In this document: positions 20,764 through 29,319 of the stretch, in pieces | How positions within the stretch are numbered: the first letter of the stretch is position 1 | How the letters are laid out: each line of letters begins with the position of its first letter | Assembly: GCA_050012475.1 (NCBI GenBank) | Contig: JBEKHC010000057.1 | Coordinates: forward strand, 1 to 53,540 | Direction of reading: 5' to 3' | Source of the DNA: Candidatus Velthaea sp. | Lineage (GTDB): Bacteria > Vulcanimicrobiota > Vulcanimicrobiia > Vulcanimicrobiales > Vulcanimicrobiaceae | DNA: 53,540 nucleotides | Translations under genes and position numbers: made by a program | The notes under the pieces: model-generated | What the model was told of the DNA's origin: nothing | Databases searched by the model: none | Seen by the model: only the letters and a program-made list of their open reading frames with translations

Positions 20764-21037
20764 CGAGCCAGTCGCGCGGGTCGTCTTTGCGGTCGTCGAG
20801 GATTTCGTACAGATCGGCCGGCCGCAGCGAAGGCAGCACGCGTTCGGGCACCGCGAGCACGCGCACGGTCAGAAAGCGCGTGCGGTAGTGGATGACGAGC
20901 GTGTCGCCCGCCTTGACGTCGTAGCCGGCTTTGAGCGGCCGGTCGTCTTTGCTGACGCGCCCCGCGTCGATGCCTTCTTTGGCTTCGCTGCGGCGTTTGG
21001 ACAGCCGCGAAACCTTCAAGAATTTATCGAGCCGCAC
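20756..21037 (-). CDS. RNA-binding S4 domain protein (YabO/Hsp15-like)
   Basis: MRLDKFLKVSRLSKRRSEAKE...GRV....K...VKAGD. Confidence 0.92.
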   Translation of the reverse strand: MRLDKFLKVSRLSKRRSEAKEGIDAGRVSKDDRPLKAGYDVKAGDTLVIHYRTRFLTVRVLAVPERVLPSLRPADLYEILDDRKDDPRDWLDG

Positions 21038-21064
21038 AACGCAGCCGCGGCGCGGCGGAGCACG

Positions 21065-21490
21065 TCAAGCGCGGTTCCCGCGCTGGTTGGCTTTGGGAAC
21101 GACGCACGTGCCGCGGGCCCGCGCGACAACGAGTGGCGGAGCGAGAACGTCGGCGGCGCTGGGCGCGACGTCGGGGCGCGTGCCGATGATCTTGCGCGCT
21201 TCGAATTCGATCGCACGTGAGGTGATGCCCACGCGCGTGATCCGGCCGCCGGCTTCGATGAAATCGCCGGCGTAGACCGGCGCGATGAATTCGACCGATT
21301 CGTAGGCGGCGAACAGGCCTTCGTCGCCGTCGTTGCGGATCAGCAGCTCGGTCGCGACGTCGCCGAAGAGTGCGAGAATGCGCGCGCCGTCGACGAGATT
21401 GCCGCCGTAGTGCGCATCGTGCGTGCCCATTCGAACCCGCAAAACGGCCGCCTCGGACCCGGCTACGCCGCGGTCTTCGCTTGCTGCCAC
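21065..21490 (-). CDS. kal: Hotdog-fold 3-aminobutyryl-CoA ammonia-lyase-like protein; start uncertain (GTG 21490 or ATG 21430)
   Basis: [53 protein letters not shown]...SAADVL..P.VV.RA.GTCVVPK closely matches Kal of lysine fermenters. Confidence 0.8.
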   Translation of the reverse strand: MAASEDRGVAGSEAAVLRVRMGTHDAHYGGNLVDGARILALFGDVATELLIRNDGDEGLFAAYESVEFIAPVYAGDFIEAGGRITRVGITSRAIEFEARKIIGTRPDVAPSAADVLAPPLVVARARGTCVVPKANQRGNRA

Positions 21491-22686
21491 AGCGTTTCCA
21501 ATTCGTCGATTGACATGTCGTTCAAAGCCACGCCCGCGGCGAGCGCCGAGCTTTCCATGTAGCGGAAGCGGCGCTCGAATTTGCGGTTGGCATCGCGCAT
21601 CGCGCCCTCGGCGTCGATGCCCAAGCGCCGCGCCAGGTTGACGACGGTGAAGAGCACGTCGCCGAGTTCCTCGCGCACGTGCGCGTCGTCGGGCCGCTCG
21701 CCGCCGGCGGCCTCGCGCGCTTCGGCTAGTTCGGCCAATTCTTCCGCCAACTTCTCGGTGATCTGGCGCGCGGTGGTCCAATCGAAGCCGACCCGAGCCG
21801 CCTTTTCCTGCATCTTCTGGCCGCGCGCGAGCGAACCGAGTGCCTCGGGGATGCCGTCGAGCCGGGAGCTGCGCTCCAGCCCGCTTTTTTCGAGCGATTT
21901 GAGCTGCTCCCAATTCGCCCAAACTTCGTCGACGTTCGCGACCGCGACGTCGCCGAAGACGTGCGGATGGCGGCGCACCATTTTGTTCGAGAGGTTGTCG
22001 ATGACGTCGGCGACCGAGAATTTGCCGCGCTCGGTGCCCAGCTGCGAATGAAAGACCACTTGGAACAGCAGGTCGCCCAGCTCTTCGCAGATGTTTTCCT
22101 CGTCCTGCGATTCGATCGCTTCGACGACCTCGAACGTCTCTTCGATCAGGTAGCGGACCAGCGACGCGTGCGTCTGCTCGCGGTCCCACGGGCACGAGCG
22201 GCGCAAGCGCGCCATGATTTCGATCAGGTCGTCCCAGGTGTGGTGCAGCGAGCCCGGCGGAAGCGGGACGAGCGGCATCGTGATCGACGCCGAGAGTGTG
22301 GCCCGCGGCATGCCCGGCACGAGCTCGGCGCCGAAGCCGCGACGCTCCAGAGCGCGCAAGAGGATCGGCAGCCCGGCAAAGTCCGAGAGCGGATTGCCCA
22401 GCACGCCCAGGGCCAGCGGCCGGCCGTCGAGCGCGCTCACGAAACCGTCGATCACTTCGGATGAACCGCGCACGAACAACGACTGGTCGCTGATGAGCCC
22501 GCGCTCGAGCACGACGCCGTCGCTTTCGAGAAACAGCGCCAGTTCGGGCGGCGCCTGCACGGTCACGGCTCGCCCTACGGCGCGCAACGACTCGCGGCTG
22601 CCCAGGGTGAGCAGGTCGGGGTCGCCCGGTCCTAATCCGACGATACGGAGGGCGAACGGCACTTTCGCGCCGGCGGCACGGCTCAT
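21463..22686 (-). CDS. mazG: YabN-like tetrapyrrole-methylase-like / MazG nucleoside triphosphate pyrophosphohydrolase
   Basis: N-terminal [13 protein letters not shown]; MazG motifs [40 protein letters not shown]. Confidence 0.93.
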   Translation of the reverse strand: MSRAAGAKVPFALRIVGLGPGDPDLLTLGSRESLRAVGRAVTVQAPPELALFLESDGVVLERGLISDQSLFVRGSSEVIDGFVSALDGRPLALGVLGNPLSDFAGLPILLRALERRGFGAELVPGMPRATLSASITMPLVPLPPGSLHHTWDDLIEIMARLRRSCPWDREQTHASLVRYLIEETFEVVEAIESQDEENICEELGDLLFQVVFHSQLGTERGKFSVADVIDNLSNKMVRRHPHVFGDVAVANVDEVWANWEQLKSLEKSGLERSSRLDGIPEALGSLARGQKMQEKAARVGFDWTTARQITEKLAEELAELAEAREAAGGERPDDAHVREELGDVLFTVVNLARRLGIDAEGAMRDANRKFERRFRYMESSALAAGVALNDMSIDELETLWQQAKTAA

Positions 22687-22789
22687 CGTCGCGACCATTC
22701 CCCGACCAGGATTCGGCTTCCGCCGCATCCGCGGCGTCCGTTCCGGGTGGTGGGGGCGCGCCGGGGGAGCCCGGCGCGCCTCCCGGCGG

Positions 22790-23776
22790 TTACTTCGTGG
22801 AGGCGGCCGGGGCCGGGGCGGTGGAAGCGGCGGCGGCGGGAGCCGACGCAGCTGGGGCCGGAGCGGCCGGCAGCGGCGAGGGGAACGCGTCCTTGAGATT
22901 GTCGTCGTAGACGTCGATCTTGGCGCCCGATTTGAGCTGCTGGAGGAAAACCGGGATCTGCTGCGATTGCTGCTGCTGCTTGAGCTGCGCCACGATTTGA
23001 TCGTGCGCGCTTGCCAGGCTCGCTTTGGTCGCCGGTTTCTTTTCCTCGACTTGAATGATGTGATAGCCGAAGGGCGACTTCACCGGAGCCGTCGTTGTGT
23101 TGAGCGGTGCCGAAAACGCGGCGGCCTGGAACGACGGGACCATTTGGCCTTTGCCGAAGAAGCCCAACTCGCCGCCCTTGTCCTTGGTGGAGGGGTCGGT
23201 CGAATATTGCTTGGCCAGTGCCGCGAAATCGCCGCCGCCCTTGAGTTTGGCTTCGACTTCGTTGGCGGTTTTCACATCGGCGACCAGGATGTGGCGCGCA
23301 CGAACTTGCTCGGGCTTGTCGAGCAGCGTGTGATTTTTGTCGAAGTAGGCCTTGACGTCGCTGTCGCTTACTTTGACTTGCGGCTCGACCGCTTTTTCGA
23401 TCACGACGGTCTGGCGCAAAATGTTATGAACGTCGGCTTCGGTCAGACCCTGCTGTTTGAGGATTTGCTCGAACTGACCGGGTGGGTACTTGGCCTTGAT
23501 CTCGTCTTCTTTTTTTGCGATCTCGTCGTCCGAGACCGTGATTTTGTTGGTCGTCGCATATTGGTCGACGAGTGCTTGCTGGACGAGCTGCGTCAGCACG
23601 GATTTGCCGGCCGGGCCGGATTCGAGTTTTTTGTCGAAATCGGCCCGCGAAATCTTCTGACCGTTGACCGAGGCGACATCGCCGCCGCTGCTTGCGCCGA
23701 CCGACGAACACGCTGCAAATGAGACGCAAAGCGCCGCCGTGGCAAATCCCGCGACCGCGCGGTTGACTACTGACAT
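22790..23776 (-). CDS. prsA: PrsA-like parvulin peptidyl-prolyl isomerase lipoprotein
   Basis: Lipobox FAAC; VASVNG; ARHILV; FAALAKQYSTD; GGELGFF; MVPSF; PVKSPFGYHII. GGGAG RBS. Confidence 0.9.
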   Translation of the reverse strand: MSVVNRAVAGFATAALCVSFAACSSVGASSGGDVASVNGQKISRADFDKKLESGPAGKSVLTQLVQQALVDQYATTNKITVSDDEIAKKEDEIKAKYPPGQFEQILKQQGLTEADVHNILRQTVVIEKAVEPQVKVSDSDVKAYFDKNHTLLDKPEQVRARHILVADVKTANEVEAKLKGGGDFAALAKQYSTDPSTKDKGGELGFFGKGQMVPSFQAAAFSAPLNTTTAPVKSPFGYHIIQVEEKKPATKASLASAHDQIVAQLKQQQQSQQIPVFLQQLKSGAKIDVYDDNLKDAFPSPLPAAPAPAASAPAAAASTAPAPAASTK

Positions 23777-24080
23777 GATTCTCCCGATTCGGGTTTGTGC
23801 AAAAGCATAAGAGGGCGGGGCCGATTCGTCGACCGCGCAAACAGGCCGGGGGTTCGGTTTCGCCTCCCGGCGTCCTCTCGGCTCGTTCTCGACGCACTTC
23901 CCGCGCAGACCGAACTTTCGGACTGCGACGCCAACGCCTCTCGGCCTTACCGTGTTTTAATCCGCCCGCATGCACCGCAGGCTGAACGGCAGGCCATGAC
24001 AACCGGTTCCCGTCGGCGCGAGGGCCGCGCGAATCGTGCTCGGCGTCATGCTTGGCTTGGCTTCCGATGTGAGCGCGGAG

Positions 24081-24965
24081 TTAGACGCGAAGCGCGCGCA
24101 CTTCGACGCGCTCGCCGTCGATGCGCGCTTCAAAACGCGGTTGGGGAAACGTCGCAGGGCCGGCGATGACGCGCCCGTCGTCGAGCGCGAAGGTCGAGCC
24201 GTGCCACGGGCACGTCACGCAGCCATCGGCGAACGTTCCGTCGGCCAGCGGCGCGCCGCGATGCGTGCACACGGCCGAGATCGCGGCGACGCCGCCTGGC
24301 GTGCGCGAGACCAGCAGCGGGACGCCGTTGAGTTCCGCGCGCACCGCTCCGGACTCCGGCACCGCCGCCGCAGCGAGGACGGCAACGAAATCCGCCGGCG
24401 GCGCAAGGGGCTCGGCCGTATGCTTGACGCCGAGCAGTCGGCCGAACGAGAGTTCGCCGCCGATGTAGGCGCCGGCACTGATGACGCTGTACGCGCCCAG
24501 CGCCGTCAGCAATCCCGCGCGCCGGTGCCCGCTGCGGCGCAGGGTCAGCGAGACGAGGTACCCGCTCACCGCCGCGGCGTTGACCATCGCATGCGCCAAA
24601 CCGAGCGTTCGCGGGCCGGCGTCCGTATCCGACCAGTCCGCCCAGCCTGAAACGATCGCGCCGGCCGCACCGGCCAATCCGATGACGAGCGCGGCGTCGG
24701 CGCCGGCGTCGCGCGGACCGCCGGCGAGTTCGCACGCGTCAAGCGCGGCCGTTACCGTCCACGCACCGATGGGCACATCGGTGATGATCGCGTGCAGCGG
24801 GTGGCCGAGGACGCTGCCGTGGAGCACGTCTTGCACGCGTTGCCCGGCTTTCGCAAGGAGATCTTTGATGACCGGCTGCACGCGTTCGGCGAGCGCACCG
24901 ATGCGCGGATCACGGCTGAGGCGATCGATAGGCCGGCGGTTGACGGCGATCTCGGGATTGAGCAT
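24081..24965 (-). CDS. DUF2231 membrane domain fused to a Rieske [2Fe-2S] domain
   Basis: LHG..LGHPLH..ITDVPIGAW, GWADWSD, HAMVN, YIGGEL; Rieske CTHRGAPL and CPWHGS. Confidence 0.9.
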   Translation of the reverse strand: MLNPEIAVNRRPIDRLSRDPRIGALAERVQPVIKDLLAKAGQRVQDVLHGSVLGHPLHAIITDVPIGAWTVTAALDACELAGGPRDAGADAALVIGLAGAAGAIVSGWADWSDTDAGPRTLGLAHAMVNAAAVSGYLVSLTLRRSGHRRAGLLTALGAYSVISAGAYIGGELSFGRLLGVKHTAEPLAPPADFVAVLAAAAVPESGAVRAELNGVPLLVSRTPGGVAAISAVCTHRGAPLADGTFADGCVTCPWHGSTFALDDGRVIAGPATFPQPRFEARIDGERVEVRALRV

Positions 24966-25716
24966 GCCTGCTACATACCCGTGCCGCATCGGACCGGCTC
25001 GCCGGCGAGCCAACGTGGTGGTGATCGCACCGCACCCGGATGACGACGCGATCGGCTGCGGAGGCACGCTTTTGCGGTTGGCCGCGCGCGGGCTGCGGAT
25101 CAACGTCATCTACGTGACCGACGGCAGTGCCAGTCACGTCAAGTCCAAGCGCTTTCCGCCCGCGCGGCTGCGCGCGATCCGCGAAGATGAAGCACGCGCT
25201 GCGCTGCTTCGCTTGGGAGTTCGCAGCGCGCCGCTCTTTTTGCGCGCGCCCGACGGCGCGCTTTCGCAGGTGGATCCCGGCCAACGGCACCAGCTCGTTG
25301 CAGCAATCGCGCGGCGGATTGCCGCGCTGCGCGCACGGATCATTTTTGCGCCCTGGCCGCGCGATCCGCACCCCGACCACGTCGCGACGACGGCGATCGT
25401 GCAGGATGCGCTTGCCGCGTGCGGGCTTCGGCCGGCCGTGTATTATTATCGCGTTTGGCTGCCGGTGCGCGGCAGCGCCGGCGAACTGCCGGGCAGCGAT
25501 GAAGCAGATGTCGATGACGTCGCTTTGACGCAACGCGACGTCGCGCGCAAGCGCCGGGCGATCATGCAGCACCGGTCGCAAACCGGAGCGCTGATCGACG
25601 ACGATCCCGAAGGCTTTTGCATCGATGCGCAGATGTTGTCTGCCTGGTTGGCACCGATCGAGCGCTTTTACCGTCCGCGCGCCGCGAAACGGGTAGAAGC
25701 AGTGCATGTTAGCTGA
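24964..25716 (+). CDS. PIG-L / LmbE family deacetylase
   Basis: VIAPHPDDDAIGCGG, VTDGSASH, R.IREDEAR.AL, DPHPDH, KRRAI..HRSQ. Start uncertain. Confidence 0.9.
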   Translation: MPATYPCRIGPARRRANVVVIAPHPDDDAIGCGGTLLRLAARGLRINVIYVTDGSASHVKSKRFPPARLRAIREDEARAALLRLGVRSAPLFLRAPDGALSQVDPGQRHQLVAAIARRIAALRARIIFAPWPRDPHPDHVATTAIVQDALAACGLRPAVYYYRVWLPVRGSAGELPGSDEADVDDVALTQRDVARKRRAIMQHRSQTGALIDDDPEGFCIDAQMLSAWLAPIERFYRPRAAKRVEAVHVS

Positions 25717-26734
25717 ACGTGAAGCGACGTTTGCGCGTCGCGCGTACGATCTTGAGCCCGAGCTATCGGCGCTGGCGGCGGCCGATGGGCGCGGGGTTCC
25801 GCTCGCCGGACGTCGCGCAGAAATCGCGGCGTTGCGGCACGTCGGCGGCCGCGACGCCAGCCTGGGCCGGATTTTCGAGGGCCATCTCAACGGCGCTCAG
25901 CTCGTCGCGCGTTGTGGAAACGCCGAGCAGCGCGCGGCGGCGCTGCGCGCGATCGCCGACGGTCATCTGTTCGGGGTGTGGAATACGCAGGACGCCGACG
26001 GCGTGCGCATCGTCACCGCCGGCGGCCGGCCCCGACTGAGCGGCGCGAAGACCTGGGCCTCCGGAGCCGGTTCGATCACGCGTCCCGTCGTCACCGCGGC
26101 GTGGCCCGATGGCCGCGTGCAGATGTGCCTCTTGCGCATGGACGAGATCGACGCGCAGATCGACGGCTCGGCCTGGCAGCCGCTGGGAATGCAGGCCAGC
26201 GACAGCTTCCGCATCGGGTTCGACGGCGTTGAGTTGACGCCGTTCGATCTCATCGGTGAGCCCGGCGACTACGAAGGCCAGCCGTGGTTTCTCGCCGGCG
26301 CCTTGCGCTTCGCTGCCGTCCAAACCGGAATCGCCGAACGGATCGAGGCGGAAACGTTACGGTATCTGCGCGCGCGAGCGCGCGACGGCGATCAGATGCA
26401 ATGCGCGCGTGCGGCCGAAATGAAGATCGCGGTCCGATCAGCGCTCTTGTGGCTGGAGGCCGGAGTCACGGCCTGGTCAACGTTCGACGACGAGCCGTCG
26501 GCAGCGCATTGCGCCGAGCTGCTCGACGTCGTCGATATGGCGCGCACGGTCGTCGAACGCGTCGCGCTCGACGTCATCGAGCGGGCGATTCGCAGCGTGG
26601 GTGCGCGCGGGCTCGTGGAACCCGAGCCTTTCGCGGGTCTCGTGCGCGATCTGCAGATGTATTTGCGTCAACCCGCTCCCGACGCCGCGCTGCTGCGGGT
26701 CGGCCGCGCCGGTTTCGCCTCAGGGATGCTCTAA
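25706..26734 (+). CDS. Acyl-CoA dehydrogenase-like protein
   Basis: DASLGRIFEGHLN, LFGVW, LSGAKTWASGA, WQPLGMQAS, GEPGDY..QPWF, VRDLQMYLRQP. Confidence 0.85.
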   Translation: MLAEREATFARRAYDLEPELSALAAADGRGVPLAGRRAEIAALRHVGGRDASLGRIFEGHLNGAQLVARCGNAEQRAAALRAIADGHLFGVWNTQDADGVRIVTAGGRPRLSGAKTWASGAGSITRPVVTAAWPDGRVQMCLLRMDEIDAQIDGSAWQPLGMQASDSFRIGFDGVELTPFDLIGEPGDYEGQPWFLAGALRFAAVQTGIAERIEAETLRYLRARARDGDQMQCARAAEMKIAVRSALLWLEAGVTAWSTFDDEPSAAHCAELLDVVDMARTVVERVALDVIERAIRSVGARGLVEPEPFAGLVRDLQMYLRQPAPDAALLRVGRAGFASGML

Positions 26735-26808
26735 TTTCGCCCTAAACGTCGTCGCTACGCGGCTCATCGCCGCGGATCAAGCGAGCTCGAAGAATTCGCT
26801 TCAGCCGG

Positions 26809-27990
26809 TTAGCTCGCGTCGAGCGACCCGAGTTCGGCGTCGCTGAACGGCGCGGCGTGCAGCCGCGTCTTCGCCGCGAGAAATGCTCCGCGCAGAAGCT
26901 CGATCGCTTCTTCGACGGGCACGTCGTGGTAGCTTTGGCGGCGCGCTCGCGCGCGGCGCGCGAGCGCTTCGTCGATGGCGCCCAACGGCGTGCGGGGGTC
27001 GACCGCCGGCAGCCATGTCCGCGCCGGAAGGTTGAGGATCGTCGCGACGCGTTCGACGTCGTCGCAGCGTTCCTGACCCGCACGAATCCGCCGCAACGCT
27101 GCGCGGGACTCGAGATTCGCGAGCGACAAGCGCGGATGTTCGACGCGAAACGACTCGCCGCGCCGTGCGCAGTCGTGTAACTGGGCAAGGAACGTGCCGA
27201 ACCCGCCGTCGACACGGGCGGCGAGCCGGGCCGAGGTGGTCGCCCGAACCTGCAGGCTATGACGGATGCGCGCGTCGATCCGGCGCAGCGCGTGGGCGAA
27301 GGCCACATCTTCGAGCCGCCGCCGGGGCGGCAGACCGCCGGCCGCAACGTAGCAGGCCGCCGTGACCGCAAAGCTTGCGCCGACGAACGACGCATGACGC
27401 GGCTGCGGATCTTCGGGCAGCGGGTCGATGGCTGCTTCGACGTCGGCGAGCACGCGGCGATAGGTGAGTTCGCGTGCGTAGAGCAGACGAACGGGAGCCA
27501 GCAGCTGCTCTTGATCGCGTTCCGCAATGGTCACATGACCCGCCACGGCATCGCGTCCGCGCATTTCGCGGGCGATCCAAGCAACCCAATCTTCGGCGGG
27601 CAGCGTATCGGAGTCGATCGAGGCGATGATCCCCGCCGGGCGCCCGGCGTGCAGAAAGCGCGCGGCGGCAACATCCAACACGTATTTACGGGCCGCGCCG
27701 ATGTGCGCGCCGCCGGCGCCGGCGTTCGATTCGAGCACGAAGGTCCGCGCCGCGGGCCGCGCGGCTGCGGCCGCGCGTACGATCGCGGCGGTGTTGTCGG
27801 TGCAATTGTTCGCGAAGACGATCGTGTCGAAGAAGTCGGCCCGGAGCGGTTCGCCGTCGATCGCGCGCTGCGCACCCAGTGCGGCGAGCGTCTGAGCGAT
27901 GGATGCGGCTTCGTTGCGCGCCGGGATGCAAACCGTGACGCGGCAACCCGGCTGCGGAGCCGGCAGGCTGACGGGAGACGGGTCCGTCAT
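26809..27990 (-). CDS. Glycosyltransferase family 2
   Basis: VCIPARNE, ANNCTD, IDSDT (DxD), GASFAV, AGGLP, LEDVAF, TSAR..ARV.GGF. Confidence 0.9.
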   Translation of the reverse strand: MTDPSPVSLPAPQPGCRVTVCIPARNEAASIAQTLAALGAQRAIDGEPLRADFFDTIVFANNCTDNTAAIVRAAAAARPAARTFVLESNAGAGGAHIGAARKYVLDVAAARFLHAGRPAGIIASIDSDTLPAEDWVAWIAREMRGRDAVAGHVTIAERDQEQLLAPVRLLYARELTYRRVLADVEAAIDPLPEDPQPRHASFVGASFAVTAACYVAAGGLPPRRRLEDVAFAHALRRIDARIRHSLQVRATTSARLAARVDGGFGTFLAQLHDCARRGESFRVEHPRLSLANLESRAALRRIRAGQERCDDVERVATILNLPARTWLPAVDPRTPLGAIDEALARRARARRQSYHDVPVEEAIELLRGAFLAAKTRLHAAPFSDAELGSLDAS

Positions 27991-28559
27991 CGAACGCGCA
28001 AGACGTCGATGCGGTAGCGTTCAGCGCGCCGGCCGAGCAGCCGGGCAAAACGTGCGTCGCCGATGAAAGCGGCGTGCACGGCGTCGCCGTCGCGAACGTA
28101 GTCGTCGACCTTGGGCAGAAAATGCACGAGTTCGAGCTCGCCGCCGTGCGCCGCGCTGGCGCAAAAGTCGATCGCCGCGGCAAGGTCGTCATCCGACCAG
28201 TAGTAGGCGACCTCCGATATCACGATCAGATCGAAGTGCCCGGGCGGCCGTTCGTGCGGAAAATCCTGCGCGGCAAACCGGACGTTGGGAACATCCGCGC
28301 AGCGCGTGCGCGCGGCTTCCAGCGCGCGCTCGTTGATATCGACGGCGAGCAGGGCGTCGCACCGGGCGGCCAGCATGGCCGTGAGAACGCCGACCGAACA
28401 TCCGATCTCGAATACCGTTCCGAAACGCCGGCCGCCCAGTGCGTCGATGGTCGCTCGATACTTTGCGTTCTCGTACGGGCTCGCCGCGAAATCCCACGGA
28501 TCGGACGTCTGCGCATAGACGCGCGCAAAGTATTCTCGGCCTAGTGATGGTTGCCCCAT
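27987..28559 (-). CDS. NodS-like SAM-dependent methyltransferase
   Basis: YF..VY...DPWDF...YE..K, FEIGCSVG.LT, AVDI, FDLIVISEVAYYW, GDAVH. ATGA overlap with the GT2 gene. Confidence 0.9.
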   Translation of the reverse strand: MGQPSLGREYFARVYAQTSDPWDFAASPYENAKYRATIDALGGRRFGTVFEIGCSVGVLTAMLAARCDALLAVDINERALEAARTRCADVPNVRFAAQDFPHERPPGHFDLIVISEVAYYWSDDDLAAAIDFCASAAHGGELELVHFLPKVDDYVRDGDAVHAAFIGDARFARLLGRRAERYRIDVLRVR

Positions 28560-28610
28560 GGTCTGGCGTATACCGCGGATGGCAGCGGCACACGCCGGAC
28601 GCACGCCTAC

Positions 28611-29147
28611 TCATGATGCGGCATCCGGCGTGCGCTCGTCGATCGCGCGCACGATCGCTGCGGTATCGGCCGCGTGGCGCATCTCGCTGGCCTCGGGGTC
28701 GTGCCGATCGGGCATTGCCGGGCTGTCGCTGCGCAGCGCTTCGAGCAACTCGATGACTTTGCTGATCTTGCGTTCGTTGAGCAGATTGATCTGCAGGTCC
28801 AAGCGGTCGCGCCGCGTGTCGTGCAGGTTGATCCGGTTTTCAGTCGTGAGAATGATGATCGTCATCAGCAGGGCGGCAAGACTGATGATGCAGTCGAGAT
28901 ATGCGAAGGGTGGCGGATCGAATGCACGCCGGCTCGGCGCCAGCGCGCTGTTGACGGCGATCCACACCGCCGTGAATGCCAGCACGACGTACACCGTGCG
29001 CGGCCGGCCGACGGCCGACGTCGTGCGTTCGATCCAGCGTTGGTGCAAGGAGAGAGCGCGCTCGGCGCCGCGGTCGAGATCGGCGACCGATTCGATGGTT
29101 TCGTGCGCGCCCCCGTGAAGCGATTGCGAGCTTGCGGTTGGGTTCAT
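28611..29147 (-). CDS. DUF1003 family membrane protein
   Basis: WIAVN...FDPPPFAYL...SLAALLMTIIILTTENR...DLQINLLNERKI. Confidence 0.88.
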   Translation of the reverse strand: MNPTASSQSLHGGAHETIESVADLDRGAERALSLHQRWIERTTSAVGRPRTVYVVLAFTAVWIAVNSALAPSRRAFDPPPFAYLDCIISLAALLMTIIILTTENRINLHDTRRDRLDLQINLLNERKISKVIELLEALRSDSPAMPDRHDPEASEMRHAADTAAIVRAIDERTPDAAS

Positions 29148-29319
29148 AACGCGCGTTGTACCCGCTGCGCGTTTGCTCCGCCGGCATGGGTGCCCTCGTC
29201 TTCGCTCGGTACACCCTACGGCTTGCGGCGCAGCCGCAAACGCGAAGGATTGCGCGAGCGCAATCCACGAGGCGAAAGCTGCGGGTGAAGCCGACTGCCC
29301 GGCGCGAACCTCGCGGCTG

